Assembly (NCBI GenBank): GCA_963975045.1
Contig: CAXBGJ010000001.1
Location: 12,220 to 76,219 of the forward strand
Source of the DNA: an uncultured Marinomonas sp.
GTDB taxonomy: Bacteria > Pseudomonadota > Gammaproteobacteria > Pseudomonadales > Marinomonadaceae
Direction: 5' to 3'
DNA length: 64,000 nt
In this document: positions 30,201 to 45,200 of the stretch, one piece after another
How positions within the stretch are numbered: position 1 is the first letter of the stretch
Layout of the letters: each line of letters begins with the position of its first letter
The notes under the pieces: model-generated
What the model saw: only the letters and a program-made list of their open reading frames with translations
What the model was told of the DNA's origin: nothing
The model's database searches: none
Position numbers and translations under genes: made by a program

Positions 30201-33200
30201 TATACGCGATGAGGGAAATGCAGGATCTAATGGAAGATAGGCGCCACCGGCCTTCATAATACCGAGCATGGCAGCAATCATATCGATACCCGCATGAGCA
30301 CAGATGCCAATCACAACCTCAGAGCTGTCGGGTAAATCCGCCAAGATTCGATACGCTATTTGATCTGACCAATGATTCAGTTGCTCGTAACTGATTTGTT
30401 CACCCAAATGATGAACAGCTATGCTGTCAGGGTACTTTAAGGCCTGCTCAACAAAACCTCCATGTAACGTTCCTGTATGAGGCTGTGTTTTATCGCCATA
30501 AGCGAGTTGCTGAATCAGCGAATATTGATCTGACGGTAACCATTGCGGTGCACTCAGACATTGATTTGGTTGCTCACACATTTGCTCTAGCATAGTGAAC
30601 CAAAGATCAATCCAGACAGTCACTTGTGCGGCTGAAAATAAATCTGTTCGATAGCTTAGCGTCCCAGCCACCGTTTGCTTATCCTCTAAGTTATGCACCC
30701 GCATGGCAAAGGAGACATCGTATACACTATTTTCACGAAGCAGCTCAACCGGCTTAACACTCAACGAGGCATTGTCAATCGTACTGTCATCTACCGTTTG
30801 TAAATCCACCATCAATTGAAAGATTGGGTGTCGATTTTGGTTCCTAGGTACATTAAGTAACTCAACCAATTGCTCAAACGGCAAAGCCTGATGTTCGAGC
30901 GCCTCTAGCGTATTAGTACGAACCTGTTGCAGCACATGCATAAAACTTGCCTGCGGTGCAATCTGTGTTCGCATTACCAAGCTGTTAACAAAACACCCTA
31001 CTACCTGATGCATGGCAGTGTGCGTTCGACCGGCAACGGGAAAACCTATAACCAAATCATCCTGACGCGACAAACGCGCCAATAATACATTTAAGCTCGC
31101 CGTTAAACCCATAAATAAAGAGGCTTGATTGTCTTTACACAGGAGCGACATTTTTTCTACTAGGTGGACAGGTATATCAAACTTCAGCTGTTCAACCTCA
31201 TCCGAAATGTTTGCAGATTGAGGAGCCTGCGAAAGCATCAATGGTTGATAACCGTCCAGTTTTTCACACCAATAGGTTCTAGCAGCACCCTGCTCCACCT
31301 CATTCTCACTGAATTGGTTCTGCTGAATCAGCGTTAGATAGTCCGGTTTATTCTCAACCACCTGTTCAAAATCAAGATTAGATTGATAGTTTTCCATCAG
31401 GTTTTGGAACAATAAATCAACAGACCAACCATCAGCCAAAATATGGTGGACAACAATAATAAAGCGCCACGATGTCTCATCGATAGTGACGAGACAAAAG
31501 CGATACAATGGTTCAGCAGATAGACTAAACGGTTGATCAACAATCTTTGCTTGCAGAGCATCTACCGCATTAGAATCAGAATGACTTAAATCGACAATTT
31601 CTATTGGTCGCACCGGTATTGGCAATAATTGTTGCATCGCGGTTTGGTCTAATTCGTTCGAAACAATATGACTCGATAACACTCTATGCTGCTTAAGCAA
31701 AGCTCGCACAGCAGCCTGTAAACGCTCAACATCGACAGCGTCATTTATTTCAAATGCGGCTACAACATTTAGCGCACTGCTAAGGGGTTGAATTTTTTGC
31801 ATGATCCACAAACGGGTTTGGGCTGTTGATAAGGGCAATGGTATCAACGTCGTATTATCATTTGCTTGTGGAGACTTAACGGCAACAGCGCGAGCTGTAA
31901 CACCCTCTAATTGCGTCGCCAACTGGGCCAAGCTATTACTATCAAAAATGTGTGCTAAAGGAATTTCTACGTTAAAGTGATCTCGAATTTTCGCCACCAA
32001 CTTTGCCGCAGATAAACTGTGCCCACCCAGCTCAAAGAAATTATCTTCACGATAAACTTCCTTGCAGTTGAGTACACTCAACCAAATACCAGCAAGTGCC
32101 TTTTCAACCTCACCACTCGCTGGAGTCTTCTCTCTATCTTGGCTAACTTGATGGTGTAAATCAGGCTCAATCAAGGCTTTATAGTCCACCTTCCCGCTCG
32201 TACTCAGCGGCAAAGCATCCAGTGCTTGCCAGACACTAGGCACCAACGCGTCACTAACTCGTTCACGCATCCAGCGCTTGGCCTCATTAATGTTAATCGA
32301 TACGCCCTGCTTGCTTTGAAAATACAAAGACAGATACGTGTCAGCCCCTACTGACCAAACTTTGGCCGCAACAGCTTCTAAGCCAGGATACCGACTAGCA
32401 ACCCCTTCAACTTCTCCAAGTTCAATACGCTGGCCGCGAATTTTGACCTGACTATCATTACGTCCAAGATATTCTAAAGCCCCGCATGGTAAGCGACGCA
32501 CACGGTCACCTGTGCGATACATTCGAGCGCCGCTGGTCGTGCTAAACGGCGATGGTATAAAACTTGTCGCGGTTAATGCAGATTGACCTAGATAACCCTG
32601 AGCCAAATTCATTCCGCCAATATACAACTCACCGATAGCTCCGCTGGGGACCAGCTCTAACGATGCGTTCAAAACATAAATTTGGGTATTACTGATCGGC
32701 ACACCAATGGGCACACTTAAGCCGGTATCGTCCTCGTCATCGAGCGCTTGTATTGGGCTAATATGCTTATGCCAAGTAACATCCACGGCAGCTTCGGTCG
32801 GCCCATATAAATTATACACTGGCGCACCAAGAGCACGACTGGCATGCTCCGCCAGAGAACGCTCTAAACTCTCTCCAGAACAAATTATTCTGCTTAAAAC
32901 GTATTGTCTATCTTGTAGCGGCACATACTCTAAAAAGCCACGCAACATCGCCGGTACAAAGTGCACCGTCGTAATGGCCATTTCACGAATAAGACGTTCG
33001 AGATAGACCCCATCTTTATGACTGCCCGGGTCAGCTAATACAAGGGTTGCACCTTCGCGTAACGGCCAGAACAACTCCCAAATGGACACATCAAAACTGA
33101 TGGGTGTCTTATGTAAAACCCGCTCCCCATGAGTCAAACCATAATAAGATTGCATCCATTCTAAGCGGTTCACTATGGCACCGTGAGAGACCATGACGCC

Positions 33201-36200
33201 TTTAGGTTTACCCGTCGAACCAGAAGTGTAAAGAATATAGGCGACACTCTGGTCCATTAATGCGACCGGTTGTAGTGGCGCTGTTGGCTGGCTACGATTA
33301 CTGGTTTGCCACGCTTCAATTAACACACATTCCACACCCGAGATTAATCGAGATACCTGTGGCGCTTGCGCTAATATCATCACAGCATGGGAATCGATCA
33401 CCAATTCATTAAGACGCTTATCAGGTAGATCAACATCAAGAGGGAGATACACCGCTCCAGCTTGTAAAACGGCATAAATTGCGAGCATCATATCCAGAGA
33501 TCTGGCGGCACAAACTGCCACAACATCGCCAGCTAACACCCCTTTAATTTGTAAGTGAGCCGCTAATTTTTTACTACGATCATCTAGCTGCGCATAACTC
33601 AATTGCTGCTGACCCTGTATCAAAGCAACATGATTTGGATAACGCTGTGTATGCGCTACAAAACGATCAAGTAAACTCAATGATTCAACAACGGTTTCAG
33701 ACCCGCTAGACAGCCTCAACTCTATGCTCTGCTGCTCTTCTGACAAGCAAGAGACTAGACTCTGTAGCGGTATTGATGCATTCGACTCACGGCTTAAACT
33801 CAATAAAATGTGTTTATAGCCTTCTAGCAAGGTTTGAGCTTGTTTTTTGCTATAGATATGTCCGTCAAACATTAATTGCAAAGCAAGCTGCTCAGAAGGA
33901 TGAACAAGTAAAGTCAGGGGGAAATGTGTTTCTTCGTAGGCATTAACTTTCTCGATACTAAAGCCAGTCAACGAACGGTTCAAAGAGCTGTCTACGGGAT
34001 AGTTTTCAACCACCACGGCACTCTTTAATAAGCCGCTATTACGATTAGATGTCTGATTGTTTAAAGATTGATAAATACTTTGGATATCCGCAAGATTACT
34101 ATACGAATAGGATTGAATAGCATTAACCCGAGACTGAATATCACCTAACCATTCGCTTATCGTGTGTTGAGTGTGGGTGGCCACACGAAGAGGTAAGGTA
34201 TTAATTAGCATACCAACAACACTATCAATATTATCAACACCATTGTCTCTACCAGAGAGCGTCACACCAAACAGTTTTTCGCCTCGAGTATTGGTTGTGT
34301 CTCCAAATCGATCTAATAATAACGCCCATGCACCTTGCACTAAGGTGGCAATTGTAATGCCTCGCTGTCGACAAAATGTTCGTATTAAATGGCTTTCTTC
34401 ACCACCCAATTGCAACGTGACTTTATTCGAATCAAATGATCTTTGATCCCATAAAGCATCGACACTTTTATTGCCAATTAATGGTAATGACGTATCAAGA
34501 TCAAGCGCCGTTAGCTGATCTCGCCAAAATGCATCAGTGCTCGCTAAATCACGCTGATTCAACCAAGTCAAATAACCAGAATAAGATTGCTCAGCCTTTT
34601 TTGAATTCAATTGTTGAATTGGCTTCCCAGTGTTCGCTTGATTGTAAAAAACGAATAACTGCTTGAGCAAAATAGGCAATGACCAACCATCTAATTGTCG
34701 ATGATCCTGACACCACAAAAAATACGTTCGCTGATCGTCCAGACGAATCAAGAAGAAACGATGCAGCAGCTCTTGCTCTAAACTAAAGCCTATCGCTCTC
34801 TGCTGTACGACAAATGCATTCAGCGCGTGCTGTGAATCTCCCTTTTTGTTACGCCAATCCATTTGCGTAACATCGACTTCAACGTTTTTGTGTACAACCT
34901 GCATCGCAGAGACACCATGACAGTCAAAAGATGAGCGCAAAATTGGCTGGGATTCAAATAACGCAGTTAACGCTCTACCAAACACACGGGCGTCAAAGTC
35001 ACCAACAAATTCACAGGAAATTTGCTCAAAGCTCTGGCGATTTGTATTATCACGCTGTATTGCCACCAGCATGCCTTCTTGCAGCGAATTTACCGGATAA
35101 ATGGTTTGCACATTCGAATAGCGTGTCAATATATCGGCTAATCGTTTAGTGGATAAATCAACGTGCTCAAAATCACTGGGAGTAGGCGTGTAAACAGTCT
35201 GCCCAGTATGATTGACAACATCGGTCAGCGCTTTTTGCCACTCGCTAAGTAGTGTCGCAATAATAGAGGGTTGGATTTGAGCTGCCGAAAATGTCAGTGA
35301 TAAACGTAAACGCCCCCTATGCACTACAGACGTTAATTCTAAATCACTAAAACGCTCAGCGTTGAGGTCACGCTCCTTCCCTAAATATTCATCTAAAAAC
35401 GCAAAATCATGGTCACTATCCGTCGCTTCACCCGCTTGTCCCAGATAGTTAAATACCATAGATAACGCGCGGGAGTCCTGATGCTCTTGAAGCGTTTTTT
35501 GCTCAATCGACAACGCATCAGGACGCATATATTTAAGGAGCCCATAACCCATACCTTGCTTAGGAACAGCTCGAGATGCTTCTTTGCTGACATAAATTGC
35601 GTGTGCGACAGGATCTATAAATGGAGATTCACTGACAGACAACAGCAAAGGATATAGACTGGTAAACCAACCTAGGGCATCACCCACATCGTTACTTCGA
35701 CCATGCTTTTCAATCTCTATTTTCAAACATAAATTGGCATTATCAACATACCTTTGACAGGTCAACCACCATGAGGCTAACAACAATTCTTCTGGACGAG
35801 TGTTATAACTCACATTTGCAGAGCTCAAAATCGCCTGGGTAACGTCTTCACAGACATAAACAGTTTCACAACGTTCATCTAACACAGTATTTGATGCAAA
35901 AGGATCTACCATTATAAATCCCTGAGAAAATGTTGACTCTATGTCAGCCCAATAGCGTGCTTCATTTTCTGATATGGCCGCTGCTCTACCCGTTAAATCA
36001 CTAAGCCAACGTATAAACAGATCATCTTCCGTGGCGGTATTTGACATAATCATGTTGTTGCTCAAGCGCTGGATGAACAAACGCCATGACACCGCATCAA
36101 TCACTAAATGATGCGCCACCAACAACAAACGCGAAGCCCCCTGACTTCCGTTTATCCACGCAGCAGCAAATAGTGGCCCCTTTTTTATATCAATGCGTGC

Positions 36201-39200
36201 GCGCAATACGTCTGCTATATCTGCCACACTGGTTTGCATGTCAGCCACTTCCAGCCAATACAATGACCGCTGCTCGACTAAGGATTGTTGCCAATGATTT
36301 TGACCACCATCACTCATCGTCTGTTTAAATCGCAAACCAAATTGGGCCGAACCTTCAATGACGGTTCGCAATGCGGTTAAAATCTGTGCCGAACTAGCAT
36401 TAACTGGCGTTTTTAATAAAACAGACTGTGTGAAATAAGGAGACGGTGCATTAATCGATTCATCTAATGCTGAAGAACCTTGCAGACTGTCTAGATACCA
36501 GCGCTGCATAGGAGACAATGGCAATGAGTGCTGATCAATAAGTGGAGCAAACGTTTGATTGTTCAAGTGCTTTATTAGTGGTGCTAACTCGGCAATGGTT
36601 GGGTAGTTAAAAATTTGTTGTGAGTTAAGTACAAAACCCTGCTGTTTCAAACTGGCGATCACTTGAATAGCCACGATCGAATCACCACCTAACGCAAAAA
36701 AATTCTGATCGATATCAACCGAGTTAAGACTAAAGAAACGTCCCCATATCTCAGTGAGTAATCGTTCATTGGCCGTGCTCGCGACTCGTATTTCTGTCTT
36801 GTCAGTAACCAAAGAAGCGCTGACTAATGTTGGTAGGCGCTGGCTATCTACTTTACCGTTCGGTGTGAGAGGCATCGCCTCAAGTGTGATATAACGATGA
36901 GGCACCATGTAATCCGGTAGCCATTTTATAAGCCATTCAATGAGTACCTGACTATCGATCTTTGTTTCATTCTGCTCTGCAACCACATAACCGACTAATT
37001 GCTTTATATTATTTTCTTCACGCAGCTCAACCGTTGCATCACGAAGGCTTGGGTGCTGCTGTAAAACCGAAGCAATTTCATTTAACTCAACCCTAAATCC
37101 TCGAATCTTGACTTGCTCATCGTCACGTCCAATGAACTCAAGTTCACCGTTCAACAGATAACGTGCCAGATCACCAGTACGGTACAATCGAGCGCCTGCC
37201 TGAGACGAAAGGTGATCAGGAACAAATCGCTCCGCAGTTAACCTAACATGGCCAAGATAACCACGGGCAAGACCAATGCCCCCAATATACAGTTCACCCA
37301 CCATTCCTACGGGTAATACTTGCTTATTCGCATCCAAGACATACACCTGCACTTGCGCTATGCTGCGACCTATCGGTGTTATCGGCTCTAAATCCGCCCT
37401 AGTGTCTACCGTATGGATCGTGCTACAAACCGTGCATTCTGTAGGCCCATACGCATTCACAAATTGGCGATTTTGTGACAACCAACGCTGAACCGTTGCT
37501 TTAGAGCAGGCTTCCCCTACTGATACCACAATCTTTAACCAAGGTAGATCTATAGGGTTCAAAGTGTTAAGAACAGTTGGTGGCAAAGCAATAGTCGTCA
37601 CTTGATGAGTATTAAGCTGTGCGACTAATTCATCCCCTGGCAGACGAGCTTCTTTATTGGGAAGCACCAACGTAGAGCCATTCGCCAAGCAAGCAAATAT
37701 TTCCGCAATAGCCGCATCAAAATTCCATGATGCAAACTGTAACAAACGCTTATTAGGTGTTAATCCAAAAGGTTCACGCTGAGATTTTACTAGGTTATTG
37801 AGCCCTCGGTGCGTCAACAATGTACCTTTTGGCCGCCCAGTAGAGCCAGAGGTATAAATAATATAAGCCAGCTGTTCTAAGTCAATAATCCTACTAGACC
37901 CACCTCCTGATTGCTTGCTGATTAATCCTGCTGAGCCAGATGGTTGGCGCAAACGACTCAAGGCAATACATGGGATATCGTCAGTAGGAATACTATCTAG
38001 TAAGGCATCATCCGCAATGATGATAGAAGGCTGTGCATCTTTGAGTATGTATTCTAATCGCGTTGCAGGATAAGCGGGATCAAGGGGTAAAAACACAAAA
38101 CCCGAGGCTAAAATGGCAAGAATTATCGCAACGCCATCAATCGATTTATCACAATAGACGCCGATAACCAATTCGTTCTCAGAGGAGTGAGAACCCTGAG
38201 CCAGCGTAATTAATCCCTCAGAAAACAGATCAACCTTATGAAGTAATTCGGCATAAGTAAGACATAACTCATCACTAACAATAGCCCATTCATTTGGTGT
38301 TTCGAGTGCCATAGCGCACACAGTATCTATGACTGAAACATGCTCACTTTCCAATGGCGTAATGGGATTCAGAGAAACCAAAGAAGCATTAAATGAAAGT
38401 ATTTTTTGGTACTCGGCGTACGACAATAGACTGACGTTAGCAATGCAGGCCTTAGGCGCTTCAAGTAAGTTGCCTAACATCTGTACAAGTTGCGCAGACA
38501 AAGCCTCTATGTAATTAATGCCCACCATATCGGTACGCACCGTTAAGATACCATCCAGTCCGTTCATCGTCGGTGTGAATAACCAAGTCTGATCAAATGC
38601 AGTTTGCGTTGCACTCAAGTCTATCTCTTCACTTTGCAACCCCGCAAAACGCCAATCAACAGCAGGCATACTCTGCCATACCATCATGACTTGAAAAATC
38701 GGATGTCGCCCATCTCTAACGGATGGAAAATGATCTAATATTGACTCAAAGGCTATATCTTGATGTTGATAAGCAAGTAAACAGAAGGCCTTTACTTGTT
38801 GAATTACTTCACGAAAATCCATCTTATGATGAACATTCGCCACCATCGCTAGCGTATTGACAAAAGCACCGACAGTGTCTTCAAACTCTAACTTATCGCG
38901 ACCGGCAACTACTGAGCCAATCACCATTTTTTTTGCTGCTGACAGATTTTTTTCAGTACTGCTGGACTGTTTGTAAAGCAAGATAAATAAAGCCGACAAC
39001 ATCACCATTTGTGGGGTTGCTTGACACTGTGACGCTTGCGTTTGTATTTTTGCGAATAATGATTTATCTATATGAAAACGATGCTGAATCGCCTCATGTA
39101 CATTGGAGCTCTGTTGTCCGGTATTAACATTATCCGGGGACAGTACCGGTAATTGCAGTGCATCAACAGCGGTTAAACGCTCTTGCCAAAACGGCAATTG

Positions 39201-42200
39201 CTGTTCAATAAACACGTTCAAATTTCCTTGATACCAATCAGCAAAGTCAGCGTATGCATGGGGTGACTTGGAGAAAACAGTAGTAGGATCCAAAGGTAAA
39301 ACGTTATTCGCCTCTGCATTGTCATGCCGACTTATCTGCGCATAGAGATGCGCCCATTCTTGCATCAAAATTGAAGCAGACCATCCATCCGCCAAAATAT
39401 GATGTAGACAAACCAGTAAAATGGACTCGTCAGTGCTCAGTTTGGCTAGTTTAAAACGAACGGGTGGTGCTAAAACAAGGTCAAATTCATCATTGATTTG
39501 CAGTTTTAACCAAGCATCGACAAACGGCGCTGATGCATTGTCTAACGATACGATGTCGAGTTCTGCTTGATATGAAGGGATAACCTCAGCAAATATCGGC
39601 TCATCAACAACATCGCCAACCGCTTCAGTAAAACGCGTTCGCAAACTATCATGTCGGTCGGTTAATACCTGCAAAGCTATTAATAAAGCCTGCTCATCTA
39701 GTATTCCACGTAATCGCACCGCCCCAAAAATATGATGAGCATTACCGGCAGTCGAAACATTATGTAATGTCCAGAAGCGCTTCTGTGTTGGCGTTAAAGG
39801 GTAAAATACAGGTGCTGAATCCGCTAAAAAGGCTCGCTTAAGCAACTTACTTGTTGCCCTTTGAGGCGCACTGCTCTGGTCAAAATTTAAATCCTCTGCA
39901 AGGTCTGTTGACCAAATTTTTTCTCGTCGAATAATGTCGGCAAAATCAAACAACACCGGTGTGGAAAAGACTTGGGACAATGCAATTTCAACCGAAAATT
40001 GCGCTCTAACTCGAGCAATCATTTTCGCTGCAACTAGACTATGTCCGCCCAAATCAAAAAAGTTATCGTCCCGATAAATATCATTACGTTCAAGCACATC
40101 AGCCCAAATTTGCGACAATAATTGCTCCGTCAAACCTTCAGCTGTCCGTTTGCTACGAGCAACTTGAGACGTATTCCATACAGCCGGTTCGATTAACGCT
40201 TTACGGTTCACCTTACCACTATCACTCAGCGGTAAGGTCTCCATCTCACACCAAGCAGAGGGCAACATAGCGGCACTTACGCGCTGTGACATCCATCGTT
40301 CGAGAGTTTCAACCGCAATGTCCACACCTTGATTTATACGATAATAAACCGCCAGTTTAGAACCTAAATCAGACGGCCAAATTTTAGCGGCTACCGAATC
40401 AATGGCAGGGTATTCAGTTAACACCGCTTCGATTTCACCAAGCTCAATTCGCTGACCACGAATTTTCACTTGCCCGTCCATGCGCCCCACATATTCTAGT
40501 GCACCACTTTCTAAACGGCGTACACGATCGCCCGTACGGTATAAACGACTTCCGGCTTGCGTCATATTAAATGGGCTCGGAATAAAGCTTGCTGCTGTGA
40601 GCGCAGATTGACCAACATAACCATGGGCCAGATTAGCACCGCCCAGATACAACTCCCCCACTACGCCTTGAGGCATTAATTCAAGCGCCTCATTCAGCAC
40701 ATAGGTCTGCGTATTATCGATAGGCACGCCAATAGGAACACTAAAACGAGTATTGGAAAGCGCGTGATTACGCTCATCAAACTCATACCAAGTGACATCG
40801 ATGGCCGCTTCTGTTGGGCCATATAAATTATCGACTGGAACGTTAAATGCGTCATTCGCTGTTTTGGCTAAACTGCTTTCTAAATTTTCACCGGAACAAA
40901 TGATACGCTTTAGTAAATATACATTTGATGACTGCAATGGCGCAGTACTCAAGAAGCTATGCAACATCGCGGGAACAAAATGCAGCGTGGTGATCGCTTT
41001 TTCTCGAATCAATCGTTCTAGATAAACACTGTCCCTATGACCTCCCGGTTCTGCGAGCACAAGCACTGCACCTGCTCGTAATGGCCAAAATAATTCCCAT
41101 ATAGAGACATCAAAGCTGATCGGCGTTTTATGCAACACCCGATCACTACAATCAAGCTGATAGCGTGTTTGCATCCATTCCAAGCGATTTACAATGGCGG
41201 CATGAGAGACTAATACCCCCTTTGGTTTTCCGGTGGAACCCGAGGTATACAATAAATACGCACTACTTTGCGGAAGCATCTCTATGGCTTGAAATACTGG
41301 TATTACGCACGGGGTTCGCTCTGCCTGCCAATCGTCTAAAATAACCTTTCGATTCTCTACGGCCATTCGCTTAGCATGCTGACGCTGCACTAAAGTAATG
41401 CAGACATCGGCATCAATAATTAAATCATGTAGGCGTTGATCTGGTAAATCTGGGTCTAATGGTAAATACGTAGCACCAGCCTGTAGTACCGCATAAATCC
41501 CGACCATCATCTCTAATGAGCGTTCAGAAAATACGGCAACGACATCCCCATGGGTAATGCCTTGACTCTGCAAATGCGAGGCTAAGTTCTGACTGCGTTG
41601 CCAGAGTTGTTGATAACTTAACGAATCTGTTTCACTCACTAGAGCAAGGCGATCTGGATAACGCTTAGCCAGCACTATAAAGCGGTCCAACAGCCAACAA
41701 GAAGTAACTTGTTTCTGTGGACCTTGAGAAACGATCAATTCACGCTGTTGCTCTTCTTTAGACAACACAGCTAAGCGGGCCAAAGGTGTTACTGCAGACT
41801 GGACAATGTCACCTAACAAATGAATATAGCGCTGACAAAAATCACTTATCTCTGACGCATCGTAAAGTTGTGACCTATATTCCACATCCAGCCTGATAGA
41901 TGACTGATTGTCAGAGCAACGAATTCGCCTAAAGTAGAGGGTTAAATCATACTTACATTGGCTAGATAACAAGCGATGAGGATGAACTTTTGTACCTTCT
42001 AGTGACCAAGAGGAATCACTTAAAACGTCATCCTGCCAATCCACCAGCACATCAAAAAATGGCATGTGGCCTGCGGGTGTCTGAGGTTGTAACTCACTCA
42101 CCAAACGCCCTAAAGGATAGTTAGCGTGGCTCAAAGCCCCCATTAATATCGAGGCTATATTTTGCAAGTTTTGAGGAAACGATTTGCTCTCATCCAGTGT

Positions 42201-45200
42201 GACTGGTAGAGCGATATTATTCAAAAACAGTCCCATCATGTCTCTCAGTGCAGGGTCTGTTCTGGTTGATACAACAGCACCAAGTACTATTTTATGCTGG
42301 CCTGTTAAGCGATAAAACGTCGCATAGAGTGCGCTCAAATACAGCATAAAGACGCTGACATTCTGCTCTTTTGCCATGCGCTCCAGTGAGGAAAATAACG
42401 CAGCATCAAAATCCACACTGAACCATTCTGCTTGGTTGCTAACATCGTTTAATCTAGGGCGTTCAGACGCGTACTGCAATGGTTCAATGACACTGAGCTG
42501 TTGATGCCAAAAGTCACGACTTAACTGACTCTCAGGAGCTTGCATTTTCTTATCTATCCAGTAGACATAATCTTGGTATTGCAAGGTGGCTGGTACCATT
42601 GAACTAGAATGATATACCGCCGATAACTCATCCAAAAAGTAGCGTAAACTATGTCCATCAAATGCAAGATGATGAAACACAAACAGCAGTAAGTTTTGCT
42701 GTGAACCGAGCTCATAACGGTGCACTCTAACCAAGGGCGCGGAATTTAGATTAAACGGCTGATCCACCGCTTTTTGAATGACGTGCTTCTGTTTTTCAGC
42801 ACTCCAGCCAATCCCATTGTCGACGATAATGTCAAACTCAACACGCTCTTGTATGAGCTGTACCGGACCGTCAATGGTATCAATAATAGCGGTTCGTAAA
42901 ATATCGTATTTTTCTAACAGTAACCTCACCGAAGTATGAAGTTTAATATGGTCAAGCTCACCCTCTACCATAAATAGAGCAGGTATGTGGTAAGCACTTG
43001 CATTGTCTGTAGTGAGCTTCTGACATTGAACCCAAATGTCATATTGCGCGGGCGACAATATAAATTGCTGTTGCCTTTTTACCGCTAATAAAGGCATAAG
43101 CGCTACATTCTTATTCAACTCAGATACGATAGGTTTGGCATCGTGAGGGCAATTGGTTTCTTCCAGAGTCGCCTGATCAAGAAATGTTAATAAGGTTGCG
43201 ATTGTTGGGTGTTTAAAGATCTCTTGTAAGGGCATCGATAGACCAAATGCACGATTAATCAAGGCAACTAATTGTGCGCCAGAAAGCGAATGACCACCAA
43301 CACTGAAAAAATTATCATCAATTGAAAACGAATCGTGTTGCAGAACCGTTCGCCAGATGGCTGTTAAGGCAACCTCAGCTTGTGATTTTTGACGATCAGG
43401 ATCAGTAAGAAAGGGAGAATGCTGCTCGAAAATAGGTAATCGAGAAATATCGATACGACCATCCTGCGTGACCGGCATGTTACCCAGAATGGCAATGCGA
43501 TTAGGTAACATATGCGAAGTAAAACACGCCTGCATAGCCCCCAACAATTTAATTTCATCCTGTTGAACAAGTGTGCGACTGGTCACATAACATGTCCAAG
43601 GAAGAGCCTCCTTACTCGGTGAAGGCAAGTAAACCTGTTGCACGTCTATTTGACCATAAAGGTATTCTTGCAGAATCGTTAAATCAAGGTAGTGCCCATC
43701 ATACCAATTGGGCTGATCCGTAGTACCAAGGTATTGGTAACAACCTTCCCCCCAATAAGATACTAACAGTCCTGTTGCTTTATGAGTGCTACTGGACTCA
43801 TGTTCGACCATTAGCTGTGCCTCGACCCCAATAGACACTAGGTCTGAGCACTCACCTTTTAACCACCAAGTGTCTTCGAATATAGGCTGACCCACATCGT
43901 TTCCATCAATCAAGATGCTCTTATCAGCCCTCCATATGCGTGAACTTAGGGGCCTTCCTCCGTTTGGACTACAAACTACATTATGGATATTGAGTTTGTG
44001 ATTAAAAGCCACTTTTGATGCTTGTAACCCATTAACTAAATCACCAATCACATAGATATTTATTAACGATGCTAATTGTTCTGGCTGCTCAAGTTGTAAA
44101 TTGGCAAATTGACTAGCACTTAAACATAAACTTGTGGCACCTAGTCTTTGCAAATCGAGCGTGATGTTCGTGTTATCGGATAGTACTAAACAAGAGCCTT
44201 CCGTGAGTGATCGATACTTAATGGCATAGTCCATTACATTCTGCATCGGTAATACAGAATGGATGGATAAACCAAAATCATTGCCAGACAGTGCCTTAAC
44301 TAGCAAATGCCTTTCACATTTAGTGTAAAAACACTGATGGGCAAAATCGTAAAAGCACGCATCGCTGACGTTGTCATTTTCAAAGTGCAAAACGTCTTGT
44401 TTATGGACAATATGTAAATCTGCGTCTAGGCCTTCACTCTGAAAAATCCAAACTGCACTCTTACTGCTTAATAGCTGATCCGCCAACCCGAGATTAGGGT
44501 CACCCAGAAAACGTTGGCTTGTAATCAAAAGACTAGGGCTGATCTGTTCATGATCATCGATTGTTTTTAAGGGCGCCCAGCAGGCATCACAACGATCAAC
44601 CGCCAACATAATGATGGTTGATAGTAAAGGAGACACACAACTACCAACGACATCCCCAGCCCCGATAGATTGTCGCTTTAATTCGGCACAAAGCACTGCC
44701 ACATAATGCTCGAGCTGCGTCCGATTAAGCCTAGTATCGGCACAGATTAGAACGTCAGTCTGTAATGAAGGCTGCAAAGAAGAGGCTGGCAATTGAAGTT
44801 GAGCGTAACGATTAACTGGGCGACAGTAATCTTTTACTATGGAAGTCAATTCATATTGAGCGATAGCACACTCATTCGAACTTACTAATTGCTGCAGCAG
44901 CAATAAGTAATCCTTAGAGAAGGTTATTAAACGTTCATGACTAAATTTAGATGGCTGAAATTCAAAACAGGCAGACCAACCAAAACTTTGGTTTTTGGGC
45001 TCAATATTTAAACTGATTTCAAATGTCTTGCCACTGGCATAGTGATTGAAAAAATCCGCTTGAGGTACACCAAATAACGGCTCAGCCTGCAGCGTTTCCT
45101 GAAAGGTAAATAACGCTTGGGCTAATGGATTCATGCCATTGATTCGTGTGGCTTGTAAATTACTCACCAACACATCAAAGGGTAAATTTTGATGCTCTAA

